From: Candidatus Eiseniibacteriota bacterium
GTDB taxonomy: Bacteria; Eisenbacteria; RBG-16-71-46; CAZEPH01
Direction of reading: 5' to 3'
DNA: 64,000 nucleotides
Assembly (NCBI GenBank): GCA_044229145.1
Contig: JBGATO010000006.1
Coordinates: 1 to 64,000, forward strand
Positions 36,304 to 46,353 of this stretch are shown piece by piece. The translations under genes and the position numbers were made by a program. The notes under the pieces are model-generated. The model worked only from the letters and a program-made list of their open reading frames with translations. It was not told where the DNA came from and searched no databases. How positions within the stretch are numbered: position 1 is the first letter of the stretch; every line of letters starts with the position of its first letter.

Positions 36304-37545
36304 CTACAAGCGGCGCAGGGCGACGACGGTGACGTCGTCGCGCATCGGCGCGCCGTCGCCGAAGCTGTCCACCGCGCTCAGCACCTCCCCGACGATCGAG
36401 GCCGCTGCCGCCCCATCGAGGGCGTGCAGCAACGCGCGCAATCGCCGAAGCCCGAACTCTTCGCCGGCCGGCGACTGCCGTTCGACCACGCCATCGGTGT
36501 AGAGCAGGAGGATGTCACCGCTCGCCATCGCGACGTCGGCCGCCTCGAAGCGCGCCTGCGGCAGCGGACCGAGGAGCGTGCCGCCGCGATCGAGTTCGAT
36601 GAATTGATCGCGCCGGCCGAGCAAGGGCGGATTGTGGCCCGCATTGCAGTACGTCAGCGTGCCGTCGCAGCGCACCTCGGCGTAGAACAGCGAGACGAAC
36701 TTGGCGGCGAGCGCGGCGCGCGCCAGCACCTTGTTGAGCCGTTCGATCATCACCGGGATCGGCCGGTCGTCCCACACACCCATACGCAGTCCGGTGAGGG
36801 CATCGCGCGCCAAGAGCGCCGCCGGCAAGCCGTGGCCGGACGAATCGAGGATGGCCACGCCCAAGCGATCGGCGCGCAGCGGGAAGTAGTCGAAGAGATC
36901 GCCGCCGACCAGATCGGCGGGCAATGAGCGGCCAGCGAGTTCGAAGCCGTCGAAATCCGGCAGCGTGCGCGGCAGCAGACTCTCTTGGATCGTCCGCGCT
37001 TCGACGATGATGTCGAGCAGGTCCTGCTGCTGCAGCTTGACGTTGATGACGTGGCGTAGCGCGGTGAGCGTCGAGAGCAGGTCGTCGTGACGGGGCTCGC
37101 CAGTGATCGAGAAGGCGATGATGTGGGTGTTCTCGGGTCCGACCGCGATTGCCGCGAAGGTCGACGAGACGCCGATGCGTTCCTCGAATTCGACGTCGAA
37201 TCCTTGCTCGCCGCGCGACATGATGAGCAGGCCGTGCGCCAGCAGTTCGCGGTGCGGCGGATAATCGGGCGGCACCTTCATGCCACGCGGCGCGTGCTTC
37301 GAGCGGCCGAAGCCGGCGACCAGCACGTAATCCTCGCCGATGCGTTCGTAGATGCGGCCGCCGACGAATCCGAGTTCGTGCGCAAAGCGTTGCAACAAGC
37401 CTTCGAGGATCGTCTCGAGCATCTCCGGGACGTTCTCGATGCGCTCGATCTGCGCCAGCGCCGCCTCGAGCTTGCGATACAGCGTGCGGAATTCGGCGCC
37501 GCGCCGCGCGGAGGCGTGATCGGTGAAGGTGACGTCGTCCGTCAT
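36304..37545 (-). CDS. PP2C/SpoIIE (RsbU-like) phosphatase with GAF-like N-terminus
   Basis: IQESLLP, VGGDLFD, DSSGHG, NAGHNPP, LYTDGVVE, DDVT. Confidence 0.9.
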   Translation of the reverse strand: MTDDVTFTDHASARRGAEFRTLYRKLEAALAQIERIENVPEMLETILEGLLQRFAHELGFVGGRIYERIGEDYVLVAGFGRSKHAPRGMKVPPDYPPHRELLAHGLLIMSRGEQGFDVEFEERIGVSSTFAAIAVGPENTHIIAFSITGEPRHDDLLSTLTALRHVINVKLQQQDLLDIIVEARTIQESLLPRTLPDFDGFELAGRSLPADLVGGDLFDYFPLRADRLGVAILDSSGHGLPAALLARDALTGLRMGVWDDRPIPVMIERLNKVLARAALAAKFVSLFYAEVRCDGTLTYCNAGHNPPLLGRRDQFIELDRGGTLLGPLPQARFEAADVAMASGDILLLYTDGVVERQSPAGEEFGLRRLRALLHALDGAAAASIVGEVLSAVDSFGDGAPMRDDVTVVALRRL

Positions 37546-37716
37546 CGAAACGAAGGATCCTCGCAGCGTAGGGTGCAGCGTGTCGCGGGGGCGCGCTGCT
37601 CAGCCGCCGCGTCCCACGCTCTCGCACGCGGACGCTACCGGAGCCACGCAGCGGACGCAACCTGGCCCCGGAGTCCACCGTATCGCCGGGCGGCGCGCCG
37701 GGCGTATCATGGCCGC

Positions 37717-38565
37717 ATGCGGCCGTCGTCCCTGCGCGTGCGCCCGGCGCACACTCTCCCCCCTTCGCGGTTGGTCACGCTGTTCAACGATGCCTACAGC
37801 GACTACAGCGTCCCGATGCACCTGAGCGAGACGTTGCTCACGCGCATGGTCGATTTGTTTTCGCTCGATCTCGCCGTCTCGCGCGTCGGCTGGGCGGGAC
37901 GCACGCTCGCGGCATTGACATTGGTTGGACGGCGCGACGACCGCGCGTGGCTGGCCGGCGTCGGCGTCGCGGTGGCGATGCGGCATCGCGGCTACGGCGA
38001 TGCCATCACACGCGCCGCCTGCGACGCGGCGCGCGACGACGGCGCCCGCGATATCTGGCTCGAAGTCCTCGACACCAACTTTTCGGCGCGCCGCATCTAC
38101 GAGGCGATCGGCTTCGAGACCACACATCGATTGGGCGTGTGGACGTGCGCGCCGACGCACGGCGCACCGCCGGCGCGGCCGGACGGCTTCGCCGAGGTTG
38201 CGCCCACCGACGCCCTCGGGTGGCTGGCACCGCGCCGCACGCCGGGCGCGTCGTGGCAGCGCTCCACCGAAACGTTCGCGCGCGGGTTGCCGTACTATCG
38301 CGCGCTCGCCGCCGGCGATCCGCGCGATCCGCGCGCCGTCGTGCTCTACAGCGCGGCGCCCGAGTTCGTCGATGTCATGGAAGTGGTGGCGCGCGACGAC
38401 GCCTGGGATGACGCGCTCGAGTTGCTGCGCGCCCTGCGCACGCGACACCCCGACTGCGTCGTGCGCATGGTCAACTACCCGGAGACCTCCCTCGCGGTGC
38501 CGTTGTTCGAAGCGCTCGGCGCCATCGTGATTTGGTGGCAGCAGGAGATGGTGCTGCGCGGTTAG
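37717..38565 (+). CDS. GNAT N-acetyltransferase
   Basis: GVGVAVAMRHRGYG, WLEVLDTN..ARRIYEAIGF. Confidence 0.8.
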   Translation: MRPSSLRVRPAHTLPPSRLVTLFNDAYSDYSVPMHLSETLLTRMVDLFSLDLAVSRVGWAGRTLAALTLVGRRDDRAWLAGVGVAVAMRHRGYGDAITRAACDAARDDGARDIWLEVLDTNFSARRIYEAIGFETTHRLGVWTCAPTHGAPPARPDGFAEVAPTDALGWLAPRRTPGASWQRSTETFARGLPYYRALAAGDPRDPRAVVLYSAAPEFVDVMEVVARDDAWDDALELLRALRTRHPDCVVRMVNYPETSLAVPLFEALGAIVIWWQQEMVLRG

Positions 38566-40949
38566 CGCACCCACGCGATGCGCGCCCGCGCGCCGTCGGC
38601 GACGATCCAATACACCCCAGGCGCCGGCGGCGCATTCCACTGGCCGGCGCGCGCCGGCCGCCACATCCGCACGCAGCGTCCGCGCACGTCGAGCGCACGC
38701 ACGGCGCGTGGCGCGCCCTCGACACTCCACTCGATGCCGGCGCGCGTGGCCCACGCCCGGAGCGTCTGCGGCGGCGTCCGCGCGGGTGGCGGCGCCGCGG
38801 TGAGACCCGCGCCGGTGTTGGGCAACACGGTGAACGTATTGCTGTCGAAGTTGGTCACCAGCAGGTCCTGCTTGCCGTCGCCGGTGAGATCCCCGATGGC
38901 CACACCTTGCGGATACGACCCGACGCCGAAATCGGCGCGCGCCGCGAACGTGCCGTCGCCCTTGCCGGCGAACACCGACACCGTGTTGCTGCCGCCGTTG
39001 ACGACGGCGAGGTCGAGCAGCGTGTCGGCGTTGAGCTGCGCGAAGCGCACCGCCCACGGATAGCGCCCGGTGGCCATGTCGAGCCGGCCGCCCAGCGACC
39101 CGCCGCCGGTGCCGAGGAAGAGCGACACCGTGTGCGATGTCGTGTTGGCGACCGCGAGATCGACGCGGCCGTCGTGATTGCAGTCGGCCGCGGCGACTCC
39201 GCTCGGCAGCGCGCCGGTGCCGTACGCCACCGGCGCCGCGAAGGTGCCGCCGCCGAGCCCGAACAACAGGCCGACGGTATTGTTGTTGGCCGTCACCGCG
39301 AGGTCGCGCCGGCCGTCACCGTCGAAATCGGCGAGCGCCGCGAACTGCGGGAACGGCCCGCACGCCGATGACAGCGCCGCGCCGAACGCGCCGCCGCCGA
39401 GACCGGGCAGCACGCTCACGCTCGCGGCGTCGAAGTTCACCGTGAGCAGATCGGCCGTGTCGTCGCCGGTGACGTCGCCGAGCAACACGGCGCCCGGTCC
39501 GCTCGCCGCGCCAGTGCTGTACAACACGCGCGGCGCGAATCCGCCGCCGGCGTTCGCGAGCAACACCGCGGCCTGGTCGCTCGACGCGCACGCCACCGCG
39601 AGGTCGGCGCGGCCGTCGCCGCTGAGATCGGCGGCCGCGATGTCATCGGCTTCCACCGCAACGCGATAGTCGGTCTTGCCGGTGAAGCCGCCGGTGCCGG
39701 TGCCGGTGTAGACGGAGACCGAGTCGGTGCCCGCGTTGGCGATCGCGACGTCGAGTGCGGCGTCTCCGCCGAACTGCGCGAGCACCGCGGCGTTCGGGCT
39801 GGTGCCGGTCCACACCGAGGTCGCGCCGCCGAAGCCGCCGCTGCCGGTGCCGGGCAGCACGGCACAGGCGTTGCCGGCGTTGGCGGCGGTCGCGGCGTCG
39901 AGTGTGCCATCGCCGGTGAGGTCCGCGAGCACCACGCCGCGCGGGGTCGCGCCACCCGGCGCGTCGGCGTGCGCGGCGAAGGTGCCGTTGCCGTTGCCGA
40001 GCGCCACCGATGCGGTGCTCGCCAACGCGTTCGCGGTCACCAGGTCGAGCTTGCCGTCGCCGTTGAGATCGCCGAGCGCGACCGCCACCGGCCCGCGATC
40101 CACCGTCACGTCGTTGCGCAATCCGAACGATCCGGCGCCGTTGCCGAACAGCACGTTGACCGCGGCGGCGTTTGCGCAGGCCGCCGCGATGTCCTGTTTG
40201 CCGTCGCCGTTGACGTCGGCCACGGTGAGCGCCTGCGGGCCGTTGGCGGTCGCGAAGTCGGTCTTGGCGCCGAAGCTCCCGGCGCCGGCGCCGAGCAGCA
40301 CCGACACCGCGTTGGCGCCGCCGTCGGCCACCAGCAGATCGAGCTTGCCGTCGCCCGACACGTCGCGCGCGACCACCGCGAGCGGCGAGGCGCCGGTGGC
40401 GAAGTCGGTGCGCGCCCCGAACGCGCCGCCGCCCGTGCCAAGAAACACCGACACGGAGGCGGCGCCACTGTTGGCGCTGACGATGTCGAGCACGCCGTCG
40501 GCGTTGAGGTCCGCCACCGCGAGGCCGGCCGGCGACGCCGGTGTCGCCAGCGTCACCGGCGACGCGAACGTGCCGTCTCCGGCGCCGGCGCAGATCGACA
40601 GCGTGCCGGAGCCGGTGTTGGCCACCACGAGGTCGAGCACGTGATCGCCGGTGACGTCGGCCAGCGCCACCGCGCGCGGCGTGCCGCCGGCCGCCGCGTC
40701 GTGCTTCGCCGCGAACAGTCCGCCGCCCAGGCCGCGCAGAACCGACACGGTGCCGGACCCGTCGTTGCCGACGGCGAGGTCGAGGAGGCCGTCGCCGTTG
40801 ACGTCGCCGCTGGCGATGCAGCGCGGCAGCGAACCGCAGTCGTAGGACAGGAAGGTCGCGCCGAACGACACCGCCGGCACGGCGGCGCACGCACGCGGCG
40901 CGCCGAGAGCGGCCACGACGCAAAGAAGGGTGAAAGAGCGGTGGGTCAC
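38562..40949 (-). CDS. Secreted FG-GAP/VCBS repeat protein (14 repeats) with a degenerate FlgD/T9SS-like tail
   Basis: GGGAG RBS + GTG; signal peptide; 14 DxxGDGxxDL-type repeats; tail LDVRGRCVR...PAPGVYWIV. Confidence 0.88.
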   Translation of the reverse strand: MTHRSFTLLCVVAALGAPRACAAVPAVSFGATFLSYDCGSLPRCIASGDVNGDGLLDLAVGNDGSGTVSVLRGLGGGLFAAKHDAAAGGTPRAVALADVTGDHVLDLVVANTGSGTLSICAGAGDGTFASPVTLATPASPAGLAVADLNADGVLDIVSANSGAASVSVFLGTGGGAFGARTDFATGASPLAVVARDVSGDGKLDLLVADGGANAVSVLLGAGAGSFGAKTDFATANGPQALTVADVNGDGKQDIAAACANAAAVNVLFGNGAGSFGLRNDVTVDRGPVAVALGDLNGDGKLDLVTANALASTASVALGNGNGTFAAHADAPGGATPRGVVLADLTGDGTLDAATAANAGNACAVLPGTGSGGFGGATSVWTGTSPNAAVLAQFGGDAALDVAIANAGTDSVSVYTGTGTGGFTGKTDYRVAVEADDIAAADLSGDGRADLAVACASSDQAAVLLANAGGGFAPRVLYSTGAASGPGAVLLGDVTGDDTADLLTVNFDAASVSVLPGLGGGAFGAALSSACGPFPQFAALADFDGDGRRDLAVTANNNTVGLLFGLGGGTFAAPVAYGTGALPSGVAAADCNHDGRVDLAVANTTSHTVSLFLGTGGGSLGGRLDMATGRYPWAVRFAQLNADTLLDLAVVNGGSNTVSVFAGKGDGTFAARADFGVGSYPQGVAIGDLTGDGKQDLLVTNFDSNTFTVLPNTGAGLTAAPPPARTPPQTLRAWATRAGIEWSVEGAPRAVRALDVRGRCVRMWRPARAGQWNAPPAPGVYWIVADGARARIAWVR

Positions 40950-41193
40950 GCGGGGGCTCCCAGACGAGGCAGGTCGAAGGTCGGCGTATTCTACGGAATA
41001 TCGGCGCGACTCGGAGCGCTCGCCACCCGCACCGCGCCGGCGTCCCGCCGATTTCACCACGCACCGGCACGCGCGTCCGCCCGGCGGCGACCGCCTTTCC
41101 GCTTGACTCTGCTGGACGGGCGACCAAAGTAGACGCTGACAGCTCGGCCGTGCGTCCGCCGGCCGCGTACCCTCCAGGGATGAGGAGCCCCCC

Positions 41194-43947
41194 ATGACCC
41201 GACGCGTTCGCGCCGCCTTGTGCGCGTTCTTCGTGTTCTGTCTCGCCGGCGCCGCCCACGCCGCCACCATCACCGGCACCGTGTCCGACAGCACCGGCGC
41301 TGCCCTCGACCAGGCGGTCGTGCGCATCCAAGGCACCCTGCTGCGGGGCGTCAGCGACGACCACGGCGCCTACACCATCGCCAACGTCCCCGCCGGCACG
41401 CACGTCCTGCGCGCCATGCACGTCGGGCACAAGTCGGCGAACAAGGTGGTGACGGTCGCCGCCGGCGACAAGGCCACCGCTGACTTCGCGCTCAGCCGCG
41501 TGCCGTTCCAGGCGGCGCAGGTCGATGTCGTGGTCGGCTCGCGCGCCAATCACACCGCCGCCGAGGAGCTCGCGGTGCCGGTCGACATCTTCACCGCCGA
41601 GAAGATCGCCCAGCAAGGGTCGACCGAGACCGGTGCGATCTTGCAAGCGCTCTCGCCGTCGGTGAACTTCCCGCGCCAGAGCGTCACCGACGCCACTGAT
41701 GTCGTGCGTCCGTTCACGCTGCGCGGCCTGTCGCCGGACCACACGCTGGTGCTAGTCGACGGCAATCGCCGCCACCAGACCGCGCTCGTCAACACGTTCG
41801 CCTACGGCACAAACGCCGGCTCGAGCGGCGTCGACCTCAACGCAATTCCGTCGAGCGCCATCGGCCAGCTCGAAGTGTTGCGCGACGGCGCCTCGGCGCA
41901 GTACGGCTCCGACGCCATCGCCGGCGTCGTCAACGTGGTGACGCGCAAGGGACGCTTCGCGCCGTTCGTGTCGGCCACCACCGGTCGTTATTTCACCAAG
42001 GACTACCCGGACGACGGCAACACATACAATGTGAACGGTGGCGTCGGGCTCGGCGTCGGCCGCGGCTCGCTCGGCCTGTTCGCCGAAGTGCTCGACCGCC
42101 AGCCGACCAACCGCGCGTGGGCCGACCCGTACGATGTCGGCTCGGTCGGCGTGCCGGACTCGATCGGCCCGGACGGCCAAGTCATCGAGAAGCGCAACAA
42201 CGTCACGCAGCCCAACCAGCACTGGGGCGATGGCCTCGAGCGTGACGTGCTCACCTACGCCGACCTCCGCGTGCCGGTGACCGCGAGCGGCCTGACGCAG
42301 TTCTACGTGCACGGCGGCTACTCGTTCCGCCGCGGCGCTGGCCAGGGCTACAAGCGCTACACCGAATCCGACCGGAACTGGACCGCGCTCTACCCCGAAG
42401 GCTATCTGCCCGAGTTCCACCCCGACGTCGTCGACTACAACGCCGCCACCGGCGTGTGGGGCGTGACGCGTGGTTGGAAGGTGGACGCCAGCGCGTCGCT
42501 CGGTCACAACGACTTCCAGTACAACTTGCGCAACACGATGAACGTGTCGCTCGGACCGTGCCTCGGCGCGCCGTGCGCACCCGGCGCCGACGGCGTGCTC
42601 GGCACCGACGACGACCCGAACATCCCGAATCAGACGTCGTTCTTCGCCGGCGCCGTGAAGCGCGACGAGATCATCGGCTCGATCAACGCGTCGAAGGAAC
42701 TCGAACTCGGCTTCCGCTCGCCGGTCAACGTCGCGTGGGGCGGCGCCTACCGCTACGAGAAGTACGGCGTCGAGGCGGGCGAACTCGCCTCGTACATCGA
42801 CGGCGGGCACACCAACGTCAACGGCGACGACGCGCCGGGCGGCTCGCAGGTGTTCCCCGGCTTCTCACCGAGCGACGCCGTCGACGCGCACCGCTCCAAC
42901 ATCGGCCTCTACACCGACTGGGAAGCCGACCTCACGAGCGCGCTGCTCGCCAACGCCGCCGCGCGCTACGAGCACTACAGCGACTTCGGCGATCTGCTCA
43001 CCGGCAAGTTCGCCGCGCGCGTGCAACCGTCGCGCCGCGTCACGCTGCGCGCCGCCGCGAGCACCGGCTTCCGCGCGCCGGGCCTCGGGCAGATCTACTG
43101 GGGCAAGGTGGTGACCAACGTGATCAGCGGCGAGCCGGAGGAGATCGGCGTGTTCCCGGTCAGTCACCCGGCCGCGCGCTTGCTCGGCGCCAAGGATCTG
43201 AAGGCCGAGAAGTCGGTGAACGTGAGCGCCGGCTTCGCGCTCACGCCGGTCGATGGCTTTACGCTGACCGCCGACTACTTCAACATCAAGCTGAACGACC
43301 GCATCATCCTCGGCGCGACGTTCGACGACGACGTGACGCGACAGATCCTCTCCGACGGCGGCTACGGGCACATCGCCGGCGTGCAGTACTTCACCAACGG
43401 TCTCGACACGCGCACCACCGGCCTCGACGTCACCGGCGTCGTCAACGCGATCTCGCACGGCGGCCGCACGCTGACCTTCACCGGCGCGGCGAACTACACG
43501 CACAACACGATCACGTCGGTGGACCCGCTGCCGACCGAACTCGCCGGCTCTTCCGAGCCCGGCTTGCTCGACACCGTGACGCGCGTCGCCATCACCGAGG
43601 AGCGTCCCGACTGGCGTTTGTCGCTCACCACCGACTACGCCCACGGCGCCTACCACGCGATGGCGCGCGGCTCCTACTACGGCAAGTTCGCGTCGGCGCA
43701 GCCGGGCTACTGCGACGACTGCCGCGAGGAGTACGGAGCGAAGTCGCTGGTCGACACCGAGGTGGGATACAAGGTGGGCACCGCCGACATCTCGCTCGGC
43801 GCGCGCAATCTGCTCGACACGTATCCCGACAAGGCGCGTCTCGACTACAACAACAACTTCGCGACGTTCCCGTGGGCGGCGGCCTCGCCGTTCGGCTACA
43901 ACGGGCGCTACGTCTATCTGAAGATGACGACGCCGTTGTCGAAGTAG
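41194..43947 (+). CDS. TonB-dependent receptor with N-terminal carboxypeptidase-regulatory-like domain
   Basis: ITGTVSD..GAAL; VVVGSR; plug LRGLSPDHTLVLVDG, DLNAIP, EVLRDGASAQYGSDAIAGVVN; GARNLLD..P, GRYVYL. Confidence 0.93.
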   Translation: MTRRVRAALCAFFVFCLAGAAHAATITGTVSDSTGAALDQAVVRIQGTLLRGVSDDHGAYTIANVPAGTHVLRAMHVGHKSANKVVTVAAGDKATADFALSRVPFQAAQVDVVVGSRANHTAAEELAVPVDIFTAEKIAQQGSTETGAILQALSPSVNFPRQSVTDATDVVRPFTLRGLSPDHTLVLVDGNRRHQTALVNTFAYGTNAGSSGVDLNAIPSSAIGQLEVLRDGASAQYGSDAIAGVVNVVTRKGRFAPFVSATTGRYFTKDYPDDGNTYNVNGGVGLGVGRGSLGLFAEVLDRQPTNRAWADPYDVGSVGVPDSIGPDGQVIEKRNNVTQPNQHWGDGLERDVLTYADLRVPVTASGLTQFYVHGGYSFRRGAGQGYKRYTESDRNWTALYPEGYLPEFHPDVVDYNAATGVWGVTRGWKVDASASLGHNDFQYNLRNTMNVSLGPCLGAPCAPGADGVLGTDDDPNIPNQTSFFAGAVKRDEIIGSINASKELELGFRSPVNVAWGGAYRYEKYGVEAGELASYIDGGHTNVNGDDAPGGSQVFPGFSPSDAVDAHRSNIGLYTDWEADLTSALLANAAARYEHYSDFGDLLTGKFAARVQPSRRVTLRAAASTGFRAPGLGQIYWGKVVTNVISGEPEEIGVFPVSHPAARLLGAKDLKAEKSVNVSAGFALTPVDGFTLTADYFNIKLNDRIILGATFDDDVTRQILSDGGYGHIAGVQYFTNGLDTRTTGLDVTGVVNAISHGGRTLTFTGAANYTHNTITSVDPLPTELAGSSEPGLLDTVTRVAITEERPDWRLSLTTDYAHGAYHAMARGSYYGKFASAQPGYCDDCREEYGAKSLVDTEVGYKVGTADISLGARNLLDTYPDKARLDYNNNFATFPWAAASPFGYNGRYVYLKMTTPLSK

Positions 43948-43965
43948 GTCGCGGCGAAAAACGCG

Positions 43966-44002
43966 ACGGCCGGCGAGAGTCTCAGCTCTCGCCGGCCGTT
44001 TT
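43966..44002. terminator. Intrinsic terminator between the TonB receptor and feoB
   Basis: ACGGCCGGCGAGAG-tctcag-CTCTCGCCGGCCGT followed by TTT; an A-run lies shortly upstream. Confidence 0.8.
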
Positions 44003-44012
44003 GCGTGCGGCG

Positions 44013-45959
44013 CTAAGCACCGAGCGGCGCCAAGTGCGCCACGATCCCCGCGATCAGAACCGCGACGCCAAAGTTGAGCGCCGCCGACACACCGGCGGTC
44101 TTCCAACCGCCTTCCTTGGCGAGCGTCGTCAGCGTCGCCACGCACGGGATGTAGAACATCGTGAACAGCACCAGCGACAGGATCTGCCCATGCGTCAACA
44201 CGCTGCCCGGATCGACGACGCCGAGCGCCGCGCCGAGCATCAGCAGCGTGAGTTCCTTGCGCAGGATGCCGAGGAAGAGCGCGATGCCCACCGCCACCGG
44301 CAACTTGAGCACGCCGATGGTGAGCGGCGCGAACAGCATGTTGATCGGCTTGTCGACGCCGATGAAGCTGAGCGCCGACATCACGACGCTCGACACCAAG
44401 AGCACCGGCCACGCCACCGTCACGAACTCGCGCAGGCGATACCAGATCTTCTTCGACAGGATGCCCCAGTAGGGACGCCGCAGCGGCGGCACCTCCATGA
44501 CGACGCCGAGCGCCGGCATCTTCTGCAGCTTCGACACGAACCAGCTCACCAGCATCGCGACGGCGACGCCGAGCAAGTACAACCCGGCGGCCCACCATGC
44601 GCCAAGATACTTCCCGGCGAGCGCAAGGATGACGACGCTGCGCGCCGAGCACGTCACGAACGGCAGCACCAGCATCGTCAGGTAACGGTCGCGGGCGTTC
44701 TCGAGATTGCGCGTCGCCATGATCGCCGGGACGTTGCAACCGAAGCCGAGAATCAGCGGCACCACCGACTTGCCGTGCAGCCCGACGCGGTGCAGCACGC
44801 CGTCCACCATGAACGCGATGCGCGGCAGCAGTCCGGTGTCTTCGTAAATCGACAGCAGGAGCAAGAGCGGCAGCAGATACGGCAGCACGATGCCGGCGCC
44901 GGCGACCACGCCGTCGACGAGCCCGCTCAGCATCGACGCGAGGATGCCGGGCGGCATCGCGTGCACGCGGTCCATGAGCGCGGTGGTCGGGCCGCTCATC
45001 AACGCCGCGATTTGATTGCCGAGGAAGATCGCGAGATAGAACGTCAGCACCAGCGAGCCGATCACGGTGACGAAGCCGCCGACCGGATTGGTGATGATGC
45101 GGTCGATCCGTTCGCGCATGCCGATGTGCGCGCGGCGTTGGTGCGTGGCGACTTGTTCGTAGAGATCGAGCACGAGGCCGTGGCGATGCGAGCCGAGCAC
45201 GCCGGCTTCTGGCCAGCCGTGCATCTCGGCGAGCCGCTTGCGCTCGCCGCGCGCGTGCTGCAGAAACGCCGCGTCCACCGCGCCGACGCGCTTTTCGAAC
45301 TCACCGTCCATTTCGAGGAGGCGCAGCGCGACGAAGCGTTCGTCGAGCGGCCACGCCTGCCGCAGGGCCTCGGGATACACCCGCAGGATCCGCGCGAGGC
45401 CATCCTCGATGTCGCGGTCGTAGTGCGGCGTCACCGGGTGATAGTCGGCGGCCTTCATGCGCAGCACTTCGCGGAACACATCGTCGATGCCGGTACCGCG
45501 CACCGCGACGCCGGGCAGGATCGGCACGCCGGTGAGTTCGCTCAGCTTCGGCAAGTCGATCGCGATGCCCTTGCGCTCCGCCTCGTCCATCATGTTGAGG
45601 CAGACCACCATCGGGATGCGCATTTCCATCAGCAACAGCGTGAGCTCGAGCGAGCGCGAAAGCAGGGATGCATCGGCGACGTTCAGCACGACATCGACTT
45701 CGCCGGACAGCAGGAAGTCGCGCGCGACGCGTTCGGCGGGATCGTGCGAGGAAATGGAGTAGGTGCCGGGAAGGTCGACGAGGCGGATCATCCGGCCTTC
45801 GAAGCGCACCACGGTTTCGGCATAGGTCACGCTGGTGCCGGCGAAGTTGCCGGTGTTGACCTTGAAGCCGGCCGCCGCGTTGAATACCGTCGACTTGCCG
45901 CAGTTGGGCTGGCCGACCAGGGCGACGACGAGTTCGTCCGGACTACGTCTGACTGCCAC
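44013..45959 (-). CDS. feoB: Ferrous iron transporter B
   Basis: GQPNCGKS, GNFAGTSV, DLPGTYS, NMMD, GFGCNVPA, PFVTCSAR, FYIPCVAT. Confidence 0.95.
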   Translation of the reverse strand: MAVRRSPDELVVALVGQPNCGKSTVFNAAAGFKVNTGNFAGTSVTYAETVVRFEGRMIRLVDLPGTYSISSHDPAERVARDFLLSGEVDVVLNVADASLLSRSLELTLLLMEMRIPMVVCLNMMDEAERKGIAIDLPKLSELTGVPILPGVAVRGTGIDDVFREVLRMKAADYHPVTPHYDRDIEDGLARILRVYPEALRQAWPLDERFVALRLLEMDGEFEKRVGAVDAAFLQHARGERKRLAEMHGWPEAGVLGSHRHGLVLDLYEQVATHQRRAHIGMRERIDRIITNPVGGFVTVIGSLVLTFYLAIFLGNQIAALMSGPTTALMDRVHAMPPGILASMLSGLVDGVVAGAGIVLPYLLPLLLLLSIYEDTGLLPRIAFMVDGVLHRVGLHGKSVVPLILGFGCNVPAIMATRNLENARDRYLTMLVLPFVTCSARSVVILALAGKYLGAWWAAGLYLLGVAVAMLVSWFVSKLQKMPALGVVMEVPPLRRPYWGILSKKIWYRLREFVTVAWPVLLVSSVVMSALSFIGVDKPINMLFAPLTIGVLKLPVAVGIALFLGILRKELTLLMLGAALGVVDPGSVLTHGQILSLVLFTMFYIPCVATLTTLAKEGGWKTAGVSAALNFGVAVLIAGIVAHLAPLGA

Positions 45960-46182
45960 GCTCCACCTCGATCGCTTGGGCCATGTCGCGCGCGATCATG
46001 ATGCGCACCCCACTAGCCGGGTCCTCCACCAGGAGCGGGCCGGAGAAGGGTGCGGCACGCAGGAAACGTACGCGGCGCCCGGCGAAGAATCCCAGGGCTT
46101 CGATCCGGCGGGTGAGCGCGGGATCGCCATGCACGGCGCGGATGTCGGCGGTTTGGCCTTCAGAGAGATCGAGCAGGGTCAT
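45943..46182 (-). CDS. feoA: Ferrous iron transport protein A
   Basis: MTLLDL..G, RRIEALGF..G, APFSGP; directly upstream of feoB. Confidence 0.9.
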   Translation of the reverse strand: MTLLDLSEGQTADIRAVHGDPALTRRIEALGFFAGRRVRFLRAAPFSGPLLVEDPASGVRIMIARDMAQAIEVERGSQT

Positions 46183-46256
46183 CGCTGGCTCTCGGTGCGT
46201 GTGACGTCGGACATCCACGGAGACTGCCACAGGGCAGCGCCTCGTTCAATCTGAAG

Positions 46257-46270
46257 ATAGGTCCACCTAA
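46257..46270. promoter_or_regulatory. Candidate metal-regulator operator upstream of feoAB (DtxR/IdeR-like)
   Basis: ATAGG-TCCA-CCTAA (core palindrome TAGGT-N2-ACCTA); weaker copy AGAGGTCCAACTTT at 46301-46314. Confidence 0.45.
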
Positions 46271-46326
46271 GTCGAATCGGCCACCGGAATCGCCAACTTG
46301 AGAGGTCCAACTTTGGATTGACTAAC

Positions 46327-46344
46327 ATACCAACCGGTTGGTAT
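46327..46344. promoter_or_regulatory. TetR operator overlapping its own promoter
   Basis: Perfect 18-bp palindrome ATACCAACCGGTTGGTAT between TTGACT (46318) and TATTGT (46342), just before ATG 46354. Confidence 0.8.
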
Positions 46345-46353
46345 TGTGCTCAC

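Noticed and set aside
40950..41193. Possible cobalamin or TPP riboswitch before the TonB receptor; similar GGAGCCCCC..TGACCC starts on both divergent genes
   Set aside because: No B12-box or TPP core motif seen; the shared start context is short and probably coincidental.
46183..46256. Possible metal-sensing riboswitch in the feoA leader
   Set aside because: Only a short CTGCC/GGCAG stem; I could not match NiCo or yybP consensus elements. An Rfam/Infernal scan would settle it.
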